Origin: Spirochaetia bacterium
GTDB taxonomy: Bacteria > Spirochaetota > Spirochaetia > SZUA-6 > Bin103
Direction of reading: 5' to 3'
DNA length: 64,000 nt
NCBI GenBank assembly: GCA_965208575.1
Contig: CBDBOV010000006.1
Span: 544,001-608,000, forward strand
In this document: one piece after another, positions 8,660 to 18,517 of the stretch
How the letters are laid out: the number at the start of each line of letters is the position of its first letter
Numbering within the stretch: the first letter of the stretch is position 1
The notes under the pieces: model-generated
Seen by the model: only the letters and a program-made list of their open reading frames with translations
What the model was told of the DNA's origin: nothing
The model's database searches: none
Position numbers and translations under genes: made by a program

Positions 8660-11600
8660 GGGCGCTTCTTGCCCGACCGCGGCGCCGGCGGCGGCAGCCG
8701 CCGCAGGCTGGCGGCGATCCAGCGGCGGGTGTCGGCGGGGTCGATGACGTCGTCGATGCCGCCGCCGGCTACGGCGTTGACGGCCTTGGCCCGTTCGTAG
8801 GCGTCCGCGACCCGGCGCTCGAACTCCACGCGCCGCTGCTCGGGATCCGCGATCGCCGCCAGCTCCCGGCGGTAGCCGAGCTTGACCGCGCCTTCCAGGT
8901 TCATGCCGGAGAATTCGGCGGTCGGCCAGGCGACGGTAAAGAACCCGAGCAGCGAGCAGGCGCCGCACATCGCCTGCACGCCGAGCCCGTACGCCTTGCG
9001 CACGATCACGCCGAACAGCGGCGTGCTCAGGTTGGCGCCGGTGTTGAACATGCGCGCGCTGTGCCTGACCAGCGCCGTGCGCTCGTGCTCCGGCCCGACC
9101 ATGATGCCGGGGCAGTCCATCAGGCTCAGCACCGGGAGGTCGAACGCGTCGCACAGTTGCAGGAAGCGCGCGCCCTTGTCGGCGCCGTCGGAATCGATCG
9201 CCCCGGCCAGGTGATGCGGGTTGTTGGCGAGCACCCCCATGGGGCGGCCCTCGACCCGGATCAGTGCGGTGATGATGCCGACGCCGAACCGCTCGCGCAG
9301 CTCCAGGACCGAGCCGCGGTCGGCGATGGTGTCGATCACCGCGCGCATGTCGTACAGGCGCAGCCGGTTGTCCGGCACCACGTGGCGCAGGCGGCGCTGG
9401 TCGTGGCTGTCCCAGTCATCGAGCGCGCCCTGGAAATAGGAGAGGTAGCGCTTGGCCACGTCGACGGCGCTCGCCTCGTCCTCGACCAGGATGTCGACCA
9501 CGCCGTTGGCGACCTGGAACGACATCGGCCCCACCTCCTCCGGCGTATAGACCCCCAGGCCGCCGCCCTCGATCATCGCCGGCCCGCCCATCCCGATGGT
9601 CGAATTCCGGGTCGCGATGATGACGTCGCAGCAGGCCAGCAGCGCGGTGTTGCCGGCAAAGCAGCGCCCGTTGTTGATGCCGACCAGCGGCACCAGGCCG
9701 CTGAGTTGCGAGAACTGCATGAAGGTGGAAGTGTCCATGGCCACCCGCGGCCCCACGTAGTCGTCGCCGGGGCGGCCGCCGCCGCCCTCGGTGAACACCA
9801 CCACCGGCAGCCGGTAGCGCGTCGCCAGTTCGTACATCCGGTCCTGCTTGTAGTGGTTGCGGCGGCCCTGGGTGCCGGCCAGCACGGTGTAGTCGTAGGC
9901 GACCACGATCGCGCGGGAGTGGCGGTCGGCGAACTGGTCGCCGTTGATCGACGCCGTACCGACGACCAGGCCGTCGCCCGGCGTCTTCTCGCGCAGCCCC
10001 TGGTCGTCGTTGCGCTGGTGCTGCTGCGCGACCACCAGCGGCCAGTACTCCTGGAACGAGCCAGGGTCGACGAGCTGGGCGATGTTGCGGCGCGCCATGC
10101 GGAACCCGCGCTGCCGCCGCTTGGCAACCGCTTGCGGCCGGTTCTCGTCCAGCGTGTAGGCGTGCCGGTCGATCGCTTCCTGCAGGTCGGGACGGATGTG
10201 GTCGAGGTCGATCGACGATGCGGCGGCGGCGCTGCGTTGCCCCAGGTCGGCCGGTTCGACGTACACCAGCGGGTGTCCCTCGGCCACGACGTCACCAACG
10301 CGCACCGCGATGCCGCGCACGTGGCCCGCGGCCTCGGCCTCGACGAAGTGCTGCATCTTCATCGCTTCCACGACGACCAGTTCCCGGCCGGCGTGCACGG
10401 CATCGCCCACCGCCACCAGCACGCTGACGACGGTGCCCTGGATGGGAGCCGGCAGCGCGACCGAGCCGTCCGGGGCGGTCAGGGGCTTGGCCGTGTCGTC
10501 CCTACCGGCCTGGACCGCGGGATCGCCGTCCCCGGCCGCGCGGGCGTGGGCGAACACCGCCAGCGGATCGGTGCTGACCGGGTTCGCACCGCCGACGGGG
10601 GCCGCCCCGGCTGCGCCGGCGTGCGCGAACCCTGCCGGCGGATCGGTGCCGCCGGCCTGCGCGCCGCCCGCGGGGGCCGCCCCGGCCGCGCCGGCGTGGG
10701 AGAATACTGCCAGCGGATCGGTGCTCACGGTGTGTTCGCCGGCGGCGGGGGCGGTGCCGGCGAACGGCGGCCGGCGCGGGTCGGCTCGGGGCGCCGCGAG
10801 GTCGGACAGGTGGTCGTCGACGAACCTCGTGTACAGACGGCCGGCGCGGAAGTCCGGGTGGTCGATGAGGTTCCGCAGGAACGGGATGTTGGTCGCCACG
10901 CCCGCCAGGCGGAACTCGCCCAGTGCCCGTGACGTGCGCCGCACCGCGTCCTCGAAGTTCGGCGACGGCGAGTGGCCGACCACCTTGGCCAGCAGCGAGT
11001 CGAACGCGGGGTTGGTGGTATAGCCGGCGTAGCCGTAGGTGTCGGTGCGCACCCCGGGCCCGGTCGGCGGTTCGAACGCGGTGATGGTTCCCGCCGCGGG
11101 CCGCACCCGGCCGTCGGCGCCAAGGGTCTCCAGGTTCACGCGTGCCTGGATCGCGAAGCCGCGCGGGGCGGGGATCTGCTCCTGCGCGAGCCCGAGCTCC
11201 GCCAGCGACCGGCCGCCGGCGATGCCGAGCTGCGCCTGCACCAGGTCGAGGCCGGTGACCGCCTCGGTAACCGTGTGCTCCACCTGCAGCCGCGGGTTGG
11301 CCTCGACAAAGTAGAACGCGGCAGCGTCGCCGGAGTCATCGCCCGAGTCGTTTGCGTCCACCAGGAACTCGAATGTCCCGAGGCCGCGGTAACCGGCCGC
11401 GGACGCCACGCGCTTGGCCGCGTCGATGATGCGCGCGCGCAACGCGCCGGGCAGGCCGGGCGCCGGGGCGATCTCGACCAGCTTCTGGTGGCGCCGCTGC
11501 GCGCTGCATTCGCGCTCGCCGACCTGCACCACCTCGGTGCCGTCACCGACGATCTGCACCTCCACGTGGCGCGCCCTGGTGACCATCCGCTCCACGTACA

Positions 11601-12192
11601 GCGTCCCGTCGCCGAACGCCGCCTGCGCCTCGGAGCGGCACCGTTCGAAGGCGGCTGCAACCTGGTCCGCGCTCGACACGGCGCGGGTGCCGCGCCCGCC
11701 GCCGCCGGCCACCGCCTTGATCATCATCGCGGAGCCGGCGGGAAGTGCCTCGAAAAAGGCGGCCGCCTGGCCGGCGCTGGTCGCTGCGCTGGTGCCGGGC
11801 AGCACCGGAACGTCGTGCGCGGCCGCCGCGGCCCGCGCCCGCAGCTTGTCGCCGAACAGCTCCAGCGTGTCGACCGCCGGCCCCACGAAGCGCAGCCCGC
11901 CCTCCTCGCAGGCGCGCGCGAAGGCGGCGCTCTCGGCCAGGAACCCGTAGCCGGGGTGGATCGCGTCGCAGCCGGCCGCGCGCGCGAGCCGCACGATCGC
12001 GGTGCCGTCCAGGTAGGCGGGTACGCCGCGCCCGGACAGCGGCAGCGCCTCGTCGGCCGCCTGGACGTGCAGCGACGCCGCGTCGTCCTGCGAGTGGATG
12101 GCGACGGTGGCGATGCCGAGGTCGGCGGCGGCGCGCGCCACGCGCACCGCGACCTCGCCGCGGTTCGCGATCAGGAGCTTGCGCAGCGCCAC
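8641..12192 (-). CDS. Single-chain acyl-CoA carboxylase (biotin carboxylase-BCCP-carboxyltransferase fusion)
   Basis: KLLIANRGE, IHPGYGFLAE, GGGGRG, EANPRLQVEH, EAMKM biotin site, EGGGGRPGD, DCPGIMVG. Confidence 0.93.
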   Translation of the reverse strand: MALRKLLIANRGEVAVRVARAAADLGIATVAIHSQDDAASLHVQAADEALPLSGRGVPAYLDGTAIVRLARAAGCDAIHPGYGFLAESAAFARACEEGGLRFVGPAVDTLELFGDKLRARAAAAAHDVPVLPGTSAATSAGQAAAFFEALPAGSAMMIKAVAGGGGRGTRAVSSADQVAAAFERCRSEAQAAFGDGTLYVERMVTRARHVEVQIVGDGTEVVQVGERECSAQRRHQKLVEIAPAPGLPGALRARIIDAAKRVASAAGYRGLGTFEFLVDANDSGDDSGDAAAFYFVEANPRLQVEHTVTEAVTGLDLVQAQLGIAGGRSLAELGLAQEQIPAPRGFAIQARVNLETLGADGRVRPAAGTITAFEPPTGPGVRTDTYGYAGYTTNPAFDSLLAKVVGHSPSPNFEDAVRRTSRALGEFRLAGVATNIPFLRNLIDHPDFRAGRLYTRFVDDHLSDLAAPRADPRRPPFAGTAPAAGEHTVSTDPLAVFSHAGAAGAAPAGGAQAGGTDPPAGFAHAGAAGAAPVGGANPVSTDPLAVFAHARAAGDGDPAVQAGRDDTAKPLTAPDGSVALPAPIQGTVVSVLVAVGDAVHAGRELVVVEAMKMQHFVEAEAAGHVRGIAVRVGDVVAEGHPLVYVEPADLGQRSAAAASSIDLDHIRPDLQEAIDRHAYTLDENRPQAVAKRRQRGFRMARRNIAQLVDPGSFQEYWPLVVAQQHQRNDDQGLREKTPGDGLVVGTASINGDQFADRHSRAIVVAYDYTVLAGTQGRRNHYKQDRMYELATRYRLPVVVFTEGGGGRPGDDYVGPRVAMDTSTFMQFSQLSGLVPLVGINNGRCFAGNTALLACCDVIIATRNSTIGMGGPAMIEGGGLGVYTPEEVGPMSFQVANGVVDILVEDEASAVDVAKRYLSYFQGALDDWDSHDQRRLRHVVPDNRLRLYDMRAVIDTIADRGSVLELRERFGVGIITALIRVEGRPMGVLANNPHHLAGAIDSDGADKGARFLQLCDAFDLPVLSLMDCPGIMVGPEHERTALVRHSARMFNTGANLSTPLFGVIVRKAYGLGVQAMCGACSLLGFFTVAWPTAEFSGMNLEGAVKLGYRRELAAIADPEQRRVEFERRVADAYERAKAVNAVAGGGIDDVIDPADTRRWIAASLRRLPPPAPRSGKKRPYIDTW
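10531..10728. repeat. In-frame 75-bp tandem repeat (~2.6 copies) in the carboxylase linker
   Basis: GCGGATCGGTGC at 10563, 10638 and 10713; protein unit STDPLAVFxHAGAAGAAPxGGA. Confidence 0.85.
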
Positions 12193-12962
12193 TACCTGCC
12201 CTGCCAACGGGGCGGCCGCTTCTCGGCGAACGCCCGCGGTCCCTCGATGTAGTCCTCGCTGCCCCGCATCGCCTCGACCGAGTCGTACCGGCGCCGCATC
12301 GCCTCCTCGAGCGAGGGCGTGTCGAGGCTCCGGTACACCACGTCCTTGGATGCGCGGATCGACAGCGGCGCGCAGGCGCAGATCATCTGCGCCCAGCGGT
12401 TCGCCTCGCTCAGGATCTCGGCGTCGGGAACCACCGCGGTGACGAAGCCGAGATCGTAGCCCTCCTCCGCGGGTACGTGGCGGCCGGTGAGAATCATGCC
12501 GAGGGCGCGCTTGGTGCCGATCTCGCGAGGCAGACGCTGCATGCCGCCGGCGACGGCGGCCAGGCCCACCGTCGCCTCCGGCAGCGCGAACAGGGCGCTG
12601 CGCGCGGCGATGATCAGGTCGCAGGCGAGCGCGATCTCGAAACCACCGCCCATGCACACGCCGTTGACGGCGGCGATAATCGGCTTGGTCAGGTCGAAGC
12701 GGGAGGTCAGGCCGCCGAATCCTCGCGGCGTGGGCACGCGCCGTCCGCCTTCAGCCTGGTAGCGCAGGTCGTTGCCGGCGCAGAAGCCGCGGCCCTCCCC
12801 GGTGATGATCGCTACCCTGGCGTCGTCGTTGGCGGCGAAGTCGTCGAACACACGGCCGAGCTCGGCGTTGGCGGGCGGATGCAGCGCGTTGAGGCGCTCC
12901 GGTCGCGTGATCGTCACGGTCATGACGTGCCCGGACAGGTCGACCCGGCAGAATTCTGGCAT
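12192..12962 (-). CDS. Enoyl-CoA hydratase / crotonase (CaiD-like)
   Basis: RPERLNAL, FCAGNDL, IAAVNGVCMGGGFEIALACD, ALPE, EGPRAFAEKR. Confidence 0.93.
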   Translation of the reverse strand: MPEFCRVDLSGHVMTVTITRPERLNALHPPANAELGRVFDDFAANDDARVAIITGEGRGFCAGNDLRYQAEGGRRVPTPRGFGGLTSRFDLTKPIIAAVNGVCMGGGFEIALACDLIIAARSALFALPEATVGLAAVAGGMQRLPREIGTKRALGMILTGRHVPAEEGYDLGFVTAVVPDAEILSEANRWAQMICACAPLSIRASKDVVYRSLDTPSLEEAMRRRYDSVEAMRGSEDYIEGPRAFAEKRPPRWQGR

Positions 12963-13125
12963 GGCGGTCCCTCCTTGGGGGAAAGTGTCTGGCGTCCTCG
13001 CCATCATATCTGTCTCGCCCCTCCCGGTCACAAGTGGAGGTCTCCGCGCGGACGTTGATCGCCCCGGAGCGGGTCGGCTACCCTGCTCGGGCCGCTTCCG
13101 AACGGGAGCGCACAGGAGGCTGCAC

Positions 13126-14184
13126 ATGACCACGCGCGCGGCGATTCAGGCCGAGCCCGGCGGACCGCTGATCATCGACGAGTTGGCGCTGCCCGACCCG
13201 GGCGCCGACCAGGTGGCGGTCAAGCTGTTGTCCAGCGGCATCTGCCACTCGCAGCTCCACGGCATGGCCAACGCCACCCGTCCGCGGCCGATGCTGCTCG
13301 GCCACGAGGGCACCGGCGTCGTCGTGCAGGCGGGAACGGAGGTGAGCCACGTGCGCGAGGGCGATCACGTGATCGTGACCTGGGTAACCCGAACCCCGCT
13401 GACGGTGCCGCAGGCCGCGGTGCCGCCGGTCGCCTTCGAGTACCGCGGGCAGCCGGTGTTCTACAACCACGTGCATACCTGGAGTGAGCACGTCGTCGCC
13501 GTGGCCGAGCGCGTGGTCGGTATCGCGCCGGACGTTCCCACCGACGTGAGCTGCATCGTCGGCTGCGCGGTGCTCACCGGGGCGGGCGCCGTGCTGTATA
13601 CGGCCGGGGTGCGGCCCGGCGACTCGGTGGCGGTGTTCGGAGTCGGCGGCGTGGGGCTGTCGGCGCTGCGCATGGCGGCGCTCCTGGAAGCGCATCCGGT
13701 GATCGCCGTGGACCTGCGCGACGACAAGCTGCAGTTCGCCCGCCGCTTTGGAGCGACCCACACCGTGAACGCCGGCCAGGCGGATCCGGTCGAGGCGATA
13801 AAGGACCTCACCGGCGGCGGGGTCGACTACGCCTTCGACACGATCGGGGTGCGGGCGACCACCGAGCAGATTCTCGACGCGACCCGTCCCGGCTGGATCG
13901 GCGCGCACAGCCACGGCGGCATGGCCGTCCTGGTCGGCGTGCCGCCGGCCGAGATGACCCTCGACCCGCGCAAGTTCATGATGCACCAGCGTCGCTACAT
14001 GGGCAGCCACGGCGCGTCGATCCCGGAGCGCGACTTCCCGATGTATCTGCGCCTGCACGCGGAGGGCAAGTTTCCCCTGGACGAACTGGTGACCGACCGC
14101 TACCGCCTCGACCATATCAACGAAGCCTGCGCGGCCCTGCGCGCCGGCGACATCATGGGCCGCGCCATCATCGAATACGACTGA
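13126..14184 (+). CDS. Zn-binding (MDR) alcohol dehydrogenase
   Basis: GICHS, GHEG, GCAVLTG, GVGGVG; AGGAGG RBS. Confidence 0.92.
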   Translation: MTTRAAIQAEPGGPLIIDELALPDPGADQVAVKLLSSGICHSQLHGMANATRPRPMLLGHEGTGVVVQAGTEVSHVREGDHVIVTWVTRTPLTVPQAAVPPVAFEYRGQPVFYNHVHTWSEHVVAVAERVVGIAPDVPTDVSCIVGCAVLTGAGAVLYTAGVRPGDSVAVFGVGGVGLSALRMAALLEAHPVIAVDLRDDKLQFARRFGATHTVNAGQADPVEAIKDLTGGGVDYAFDTIGVRATTEQILDATRPGWIGAHSHGGMAVLVGVPPAEMTLDPRKFMMHQRRYMGSHGASIPERDFPMYLRLHAEGKFPLDELVTDRYRLDHINEACAALRAGDIMGRAIIEYD

Positions 14185-14303
14185 CCCAGGACCTGCCTCA
14201 ACGTACCGAAGCGCATCTACCCCTCGCCCCACGCGTGGGGCGGCGGCGTATGCCGTCAAGCGTGTCACGATCCCGGAGCGGCGCGCCGAACCAGAATATT
14301 ACC

Positions 14304-14334
14304 TTTTGCATGATACTTTTTGTATGATACAATT
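14304..14334 (+). promoter_or_regulatory. Direct repeat overlapping a -10 box of a probably leaderless gene
   Basis: TTTTGCATGATAC (14304-14316) and TTTTGTATGATAC (14318-14330); TACAAT 7 nt before ATG 14341, no SD. Confidence 0.55.
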
Positions 14335-14340
14335 CGACCC

Positions 14341-15465
14341 ATGAAGCAGTTCGTGTTCGATCGGTTGGTCGACCCTGAGAACATCTGCAACCTGCAGCGT
14401 GAGCGGCAGGTGCTCGGCGATGCGGTCGCGCGCGGATACCGCTTGGTCGTGTACGGCCCGCGCAACTACGGCAAGACCTCGGTGGTGCGCAACATCACCA
14501 TCGAGGAGTTCCGCCGCAACCGGGGGCGCCGCTTCGTGCTGTTTGCCGATCTGCTCGGGGTGCGTTCCATGCAATCCCTGACCCGGCGGCTCACCACCAG
14601 CCTGCAGCGCTCGTTCGCCGCCTCGTTCCCGGTCAGGAGTCTGCTGGAGAACGCGTCGCGGTTCCTCGGGGCACTGCGGCCGGAAATTGCGCTCGACCCG
14701 CAGACCGGGAGCCCGAGCCTGTCGTTTCAGACCCGCCAGCGGGAGTCGGCCCGCGACCTGCAGACACTCTGGGAACACATCGCCGGCATCACCGAGGAGC
14801 TCGACTCGCTCATCGTGCTCGACGAGTTTCAGGACGTGGCGTTCATCGACGAAGCGCCCGCGCAGTTGCGCTCCTGCCTGGAAGGGCTGGGCGCGACGCC
14901 CATTCTGCTGCTCGGCTCCAAGCGCCACATGCTCGCCGACCTGTTCGCCGCGCCGGGCGCCCCGCTGGGTGCTTGGGGGTCCGACCTGGAGTTCCGCCCG
15001 ATCCCCCACGACGAGTACCACCGGTACATGGAAGAACGGTTCAGCCCGCGCCGCCTGACGATCTCGCGCAAGGTGGCGGCCGCCCTGCAGGACGAAATGC
15101 AGCGCGTACCGGAGGCGATCAACCGACTGTGCGCCCAGTTGCTGGAGTTGCACCATGCCACCGAGATTGACCAAGCCATGGTGCGGGCCGCGCTGGTGAA
15201 GCTGCTGGAGAACCGGGAGGGACGGTTCGCGGCCTACCTGTCGGCGTTCTCCGCTAACGACGAGAGCGTCCTGACCGAGATCGCCCGCCGCGAGACGGTT
15301 GCGCATCCGCAATCCAAGGGCTTTCTCGCGAGCGTCGGGCTGTCCAACCGCACGGTGGCGCTGGCGGTCAGGCGGCTGTGTGACCGCGGCGTGATCGAGC
15401 AGGTCGCGGGCAGCTACCGGGTCGCCGATCCCCTGCTCGCCGCCTACCTCCGCCGCTACCGATAG
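14341..15465 (+). CDS. AAA+/STAND-like ATPase with probable C-terminal winged helix
   Basis: Walker A GPRNYGKT, Walker B IVLDEFQ, LLGS, terminal YRVADPLL. Confidence 0.85.
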   Translation: MKQFVFDRLVDPENICNLQRERQVLGDAVARGYRLVVYGPRNYGKTSVVRNITIEEFRRNRGRRFVLFADLLGVRSMQSLTRRLTTSLQRSFAASFPVRSLLENASRFLGALRPEIALDPQTGSPSLSFQTRQRESARDLQTLWEHIAGITEELDSLIVLDEFQDVAFIDEAPAQLRSCLEGLGATPILLLGSKRHMLADLFAAPGAPLGAWGSDLEFRPIPHDEYHRYMEERFSPRRLTISRKVAAALQDEMQRVPEAINRLCAQLLELHHATEIDQAMVRAALVKLLENREGRFAAYLSAFSANDESVLTEIARRETVAHPQSKGFLASVGLSNRTVALAVRRLCDRGVIEQVAGSYRVADPLLAAYLRRYR

Positions 15466-15622
15466 CCGCCCAGATCGCTCACCAGGCAGCACCGGCACGT
15501 TTGCCCGGCGTACACCCGACAGGCCGGCGATTCGGCCCCCTGGTCTCGGTGTCGAGCGTGCCCGAGGCTGCGCGCATAGCCTTTCTCGATCAGTTGGTCG
15601 CGCCTGGTCATTACCTATCCCA

Positions 15623-16528
15623 CTAGCGGTTGGAGGTTGAGGGCTGGAAGGCGGCGGCGCGTTCGTCGCGGGTGGTGGGGGCGAGCTCGGTGGCGGGGTC
15701 GCCGGCGATGCGGGTGGCCTGCAGCACGCGCGGCTGCGACCGGTCGTAGGGCCGCGCCCGGTGTAGCACGCAGCGGTTGTCCCACACCAAGAGGTCGCCG
15801 GGCTGCCAGCGGTGGGTATACACCCGCGGCGGCCGGCACGCGCGCCGCAGCAGGTCTTCGACCAGCGCCTGCGCGTCGGCATCGTCCATGCCGGGGATGC
15901 GGTAGATGTGGCGCGCGATCTGCAGCGCCTTGCGCCCGGTGACGGGATGGGGCTTGACCAGCGGGCGGATCGGCGCGCCCTTGTCGTGGTAGCCGTAGCC
16001 GGCGCCGGTTTCCACCTGGTGGCCGATCCTGGCCTGCGACGCGTACAGGGAGTGATACGCCGACAGGCCGGCGAGCCGGTCCCTGGTCGCGGCGTCCAGG
16101 TCGTCCCAGGCGGCGCGCATGTCGGCGAACTCGGTTTCGCCGCCGCTGGCCGGCACCTCGAGGGCGGACAGCAGCCCCGCCTTGGCGGAGAGCGGCATGT
16201 AGGTGCTGTCCATGTGCCAGCCCTCGTTGCCGCGCAGCGTCTTGAAGCGGAAGTCGTCCGGCTGCAGCAGCGAGCCGTCCAGGTTCTTGTTGCTGAACAG
16301 CGGCGCTTCGATATTGTCCTCGCGCAGCATCTCGATGTCGCCGAACCGCTTGCCGAACGCGACCTGCGCGGAGGCGCGCAGATGCTGCCCCGGGAACACC
16401 AGCACCGCGTACTCCAGGAACGCCTCCTCCACCGCGCGCCACTCCTCGCCGCCGAGGCGGTTCAGGTCGACGCCGGTGATCACCGCGCCCAGGGTCGTCC
16501 CCTCGACCGGCTCGATGGTGGCTCTCAT
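15623..16528 (-). CDS. TauD/TfdA-family Fe(II)/2-oxoglutarate dioxygenase
   Basis: WHMDST, GGETEFAD, WQPGDLLVWDNRCVLHRA. Confidence 0.93.
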   Translation of the reverse strand: MRATIEPVEGTTLGAVITGVDLNRLGGEEWRAVEEAFLEYAVLVFPGQHLRASAQVAFGKRFGDIEMLREDNIEAPLFSNKNLDGSLLQPDDFRFKTLRGNEGWHMDSTYMPLSAKAGLLSALEVPASGGETEFADMRAAWDDLDAATRDRLAGLSAYHSLYASQARIGHQVETGAGYGYHDKGAPIRPLVKPHPVTGRKALQIARHIYRIPGMDDADAQALVEDLLRRACRPPRVYTHRWQPGDLLVWDNRCVLHRARPYDRSQPRVLQATRIAGDPATELAPTTRDERAAAFQPSTSNR

Positions 16529-16570
16529 CAGGTCACCTCTCGATCATGGTCATCCATGCGACAGTCAAGG

Positions 16571-18217
16571 TCAAGCGTGGCGCTGCTCGTAGCGGCGCTC
16601 GATCCAGCGCAACAGGCTGGCGCAGGCGAGGGTGATCACCACGTACAGCACCGCCGCCGTGTTGAACGGCGCGAACGGCAGGAAGCTGGCGGACTGGAAC
16701 TCGCGCATGCGCTGGGTCACGTCGCGCACCGACAGGATCGACAGCAGCGAGGTGTCCTTGATCATGGCGACGAACTCGTTGCCGAGCGGCGGCAGCACGA
16801 TGCGCAGCGCCTGCGGCAGGATGATCAGCCGGGCGGTCTGCCACCGCGACAGCCCCAGGGTCTGTGCCGCCTCCACCTGCCCCCTGGGGACCGCCTCTAT
16901 TCCGGAGCGGAAGATCTCGGCCATGTAGGCGGAGTAGCCGAGGGCAATCGCGATCACGCCGCGCGTGAAGTTGGGCAGGTCGATGCCGCCGCCGGTGGCA
17001 TCCTTGACGGCGCCGGCGAGCGGCAGGCCGATGTACAGGATGATCACCAGCATCGGGATGCCGCGAATGGTGTCGACGAAGAACTCGGCGCCCACCGCCA
17101 GCGGGTGCAGCCCGTGCAGGGCGCCGCCGACGGTCAGGATGAGCAGCAGCAGGCCGATCACCGAGAACGCCAACGCGGCGTTGCGTACGCGCTCCGGCAG
17201 GAAGCGGGTTCCCCAGATCACCGGATAGCGTCCGTCGTGCGCGGCGACCGGCACGAACGCCCCCGACACGCTGTCCACGGTCTCGATCTGCTCCAGCGCG
17301 GTCGCCACGTCGGGCGCACTGCGAATGCGCAACGACTCGCCGTTCCCGCCGTCGTATTCGCCGAAGCGGATCACGTCGGCGACCGCCTGCGGCGTGCCCT
17401 TGACGATCGCGATGCGCGCCTCGGTGGAGCCGACCATTACGTACTCGACCCGCGGCTGGGCCCAGAACAACGCCGCCGCCGCCAGCAGCAGCAGGCTGAT
17501 CGCACCGTGCACCGGAATCGTGTGGCGGGCACTGCGCAGCCGCTGCAGCCCGGTCCAGGTCAGGCCGAGCACCGCCGCCAGCAGGTAGGCGAACACCGCG
17601 GCCCGGAAGGTCACGGCGATCCCGGTGGCGAAACCCCAGTGGCTGACGAACACGAGGTGAAACAGTGCGAGGCCGGAGACCGCCTCGAATCCCCGGATGC
17701 AGAAGCGGCGCAGCGTGCCGGCCGTCCATGCCGCGGCCAGCGTGAAGGCCAGGAACAGGAGTCCGTAGACCGCCACGCCGACCCGGAACCGCTGCGTCAC
17801 CAGCGGCAGCACCTCCGCCTTCAGCGTCCATGGGCGCGCGGAGCGGTCGACCAACGCGGAGGCGGCGGGGTCGAGCGAGTGGAACAGCACCGACTGCACG
17901 AACGGGTCGGTGAGTTGCGGCCACGCCAGGATCGGCACGATCACCAGCGCATGGATCGGCAGCGCGAGGCGCGCGGCCGCCGCAAGCCAGGGCGGCGCCG
18001 CATCGCCCATCGCCCAGCGGCGCGCGGCCAGGAAACCCGACGCGAACAGGGCGAGCAGCAGCAGGAAGCCGAGCAGCAGCGCGGGTGCCCCCGGCTCGAT
18101 GCCGACGATCGCCTTCAGCGAGCGCAGGTACTTGCTCGACGAGGCGAACAGGAACACCAGGATCGGCGCCGCCGCCAGCAGCACCAGGTTGCTCGGGCGG
18201 ATTCGCTTCAGGATCAC
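16571..18217 (-). CDS. Polar amino acid ABC permease with extended N-terminus
   Basis: RGIPMLV, SAYMAEIFRSGIEAVPRGQVEAA, LPQALR, KDTSL. Confidence 0.9.
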   Translation of the reverse strand: MILKRIRPSNLVLLAAAPILVFLFASSSKYLRSLKAIVGIEPGAPALLLGFLLLLALFASGFLAARRWAMGDAAPPWLAAAARLALPIHALVIVPILAWPQLTDPFVQSVLFHSLDPAASALVDRSARPWTLKAEVLPLVTQRFRVGVAVYGLLFLAFTLAAAWTAGTLRRFCIRGFEAVSGLALFHLVFVSHWGFATGIAVTFRAAVFAYLLAAVLGLTWTGLQRLRSARHTIPVHGAISLLLLAAAALFWAQPRVEYVMVGSTEARIAIVKGTPQAVADVIRFGEYDGGNGESLRIRSAPDVATALEQIETVDSVSGAFVPVAAHDGRYPVIWGTRFLPERVRNAALAFSVIGLLLLILTVGGALHGLHPLAVGAEFFVDTIRGIPMLVIILYIGLPLAGAVKDATGGGIDLPNFTRGVIAIALGYSAYMAEIFRSGIEAVPRGQVEAAQTLGLSRWQTARLIILPQALRIVLPPLGNEFVAMIKDTSLLSILSVRDVTQRMREFQSASFLPFAPFNTAAVLYVVITLACASLLRWIERRYEQRHA

Positions 18218-18517
18218 GCGTTCCCCTCACCCGCCGGCGCGCCGGCGACCGTACCGGACAGTTCCGAAAGCAAGCCCGTCATCTGCACGCGCCAGGCGGG
18301 CCCGCCTGGTCCGGCAGAGCCGGCACCGGATCCGGCCCATCCAGCACGCCGGCGGCGCACCTACCACGCCCTGGGGCCCCCAACAGGGCCGCTCGTGCGC
18401 CCGCCAAGCCCGATAGCGCGTCCATCGAGTCCGGAACCTCGTCCACCAAGCACGGCGGCGCGTCCGGTAGGGCCGGCCGATCCGGCAGAGCCGGCGGATC
18501 CGCCGGGACAGCCCGGG

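Noticed and set aside
18290-18515. REP-like repeats (TCCGGCAGAGCCGGC twice) between SBP and permease genes
   Set aside because: Only two short copies in very GC-rich DNA and not found elsewhere in the window; cannot be supported as a family.
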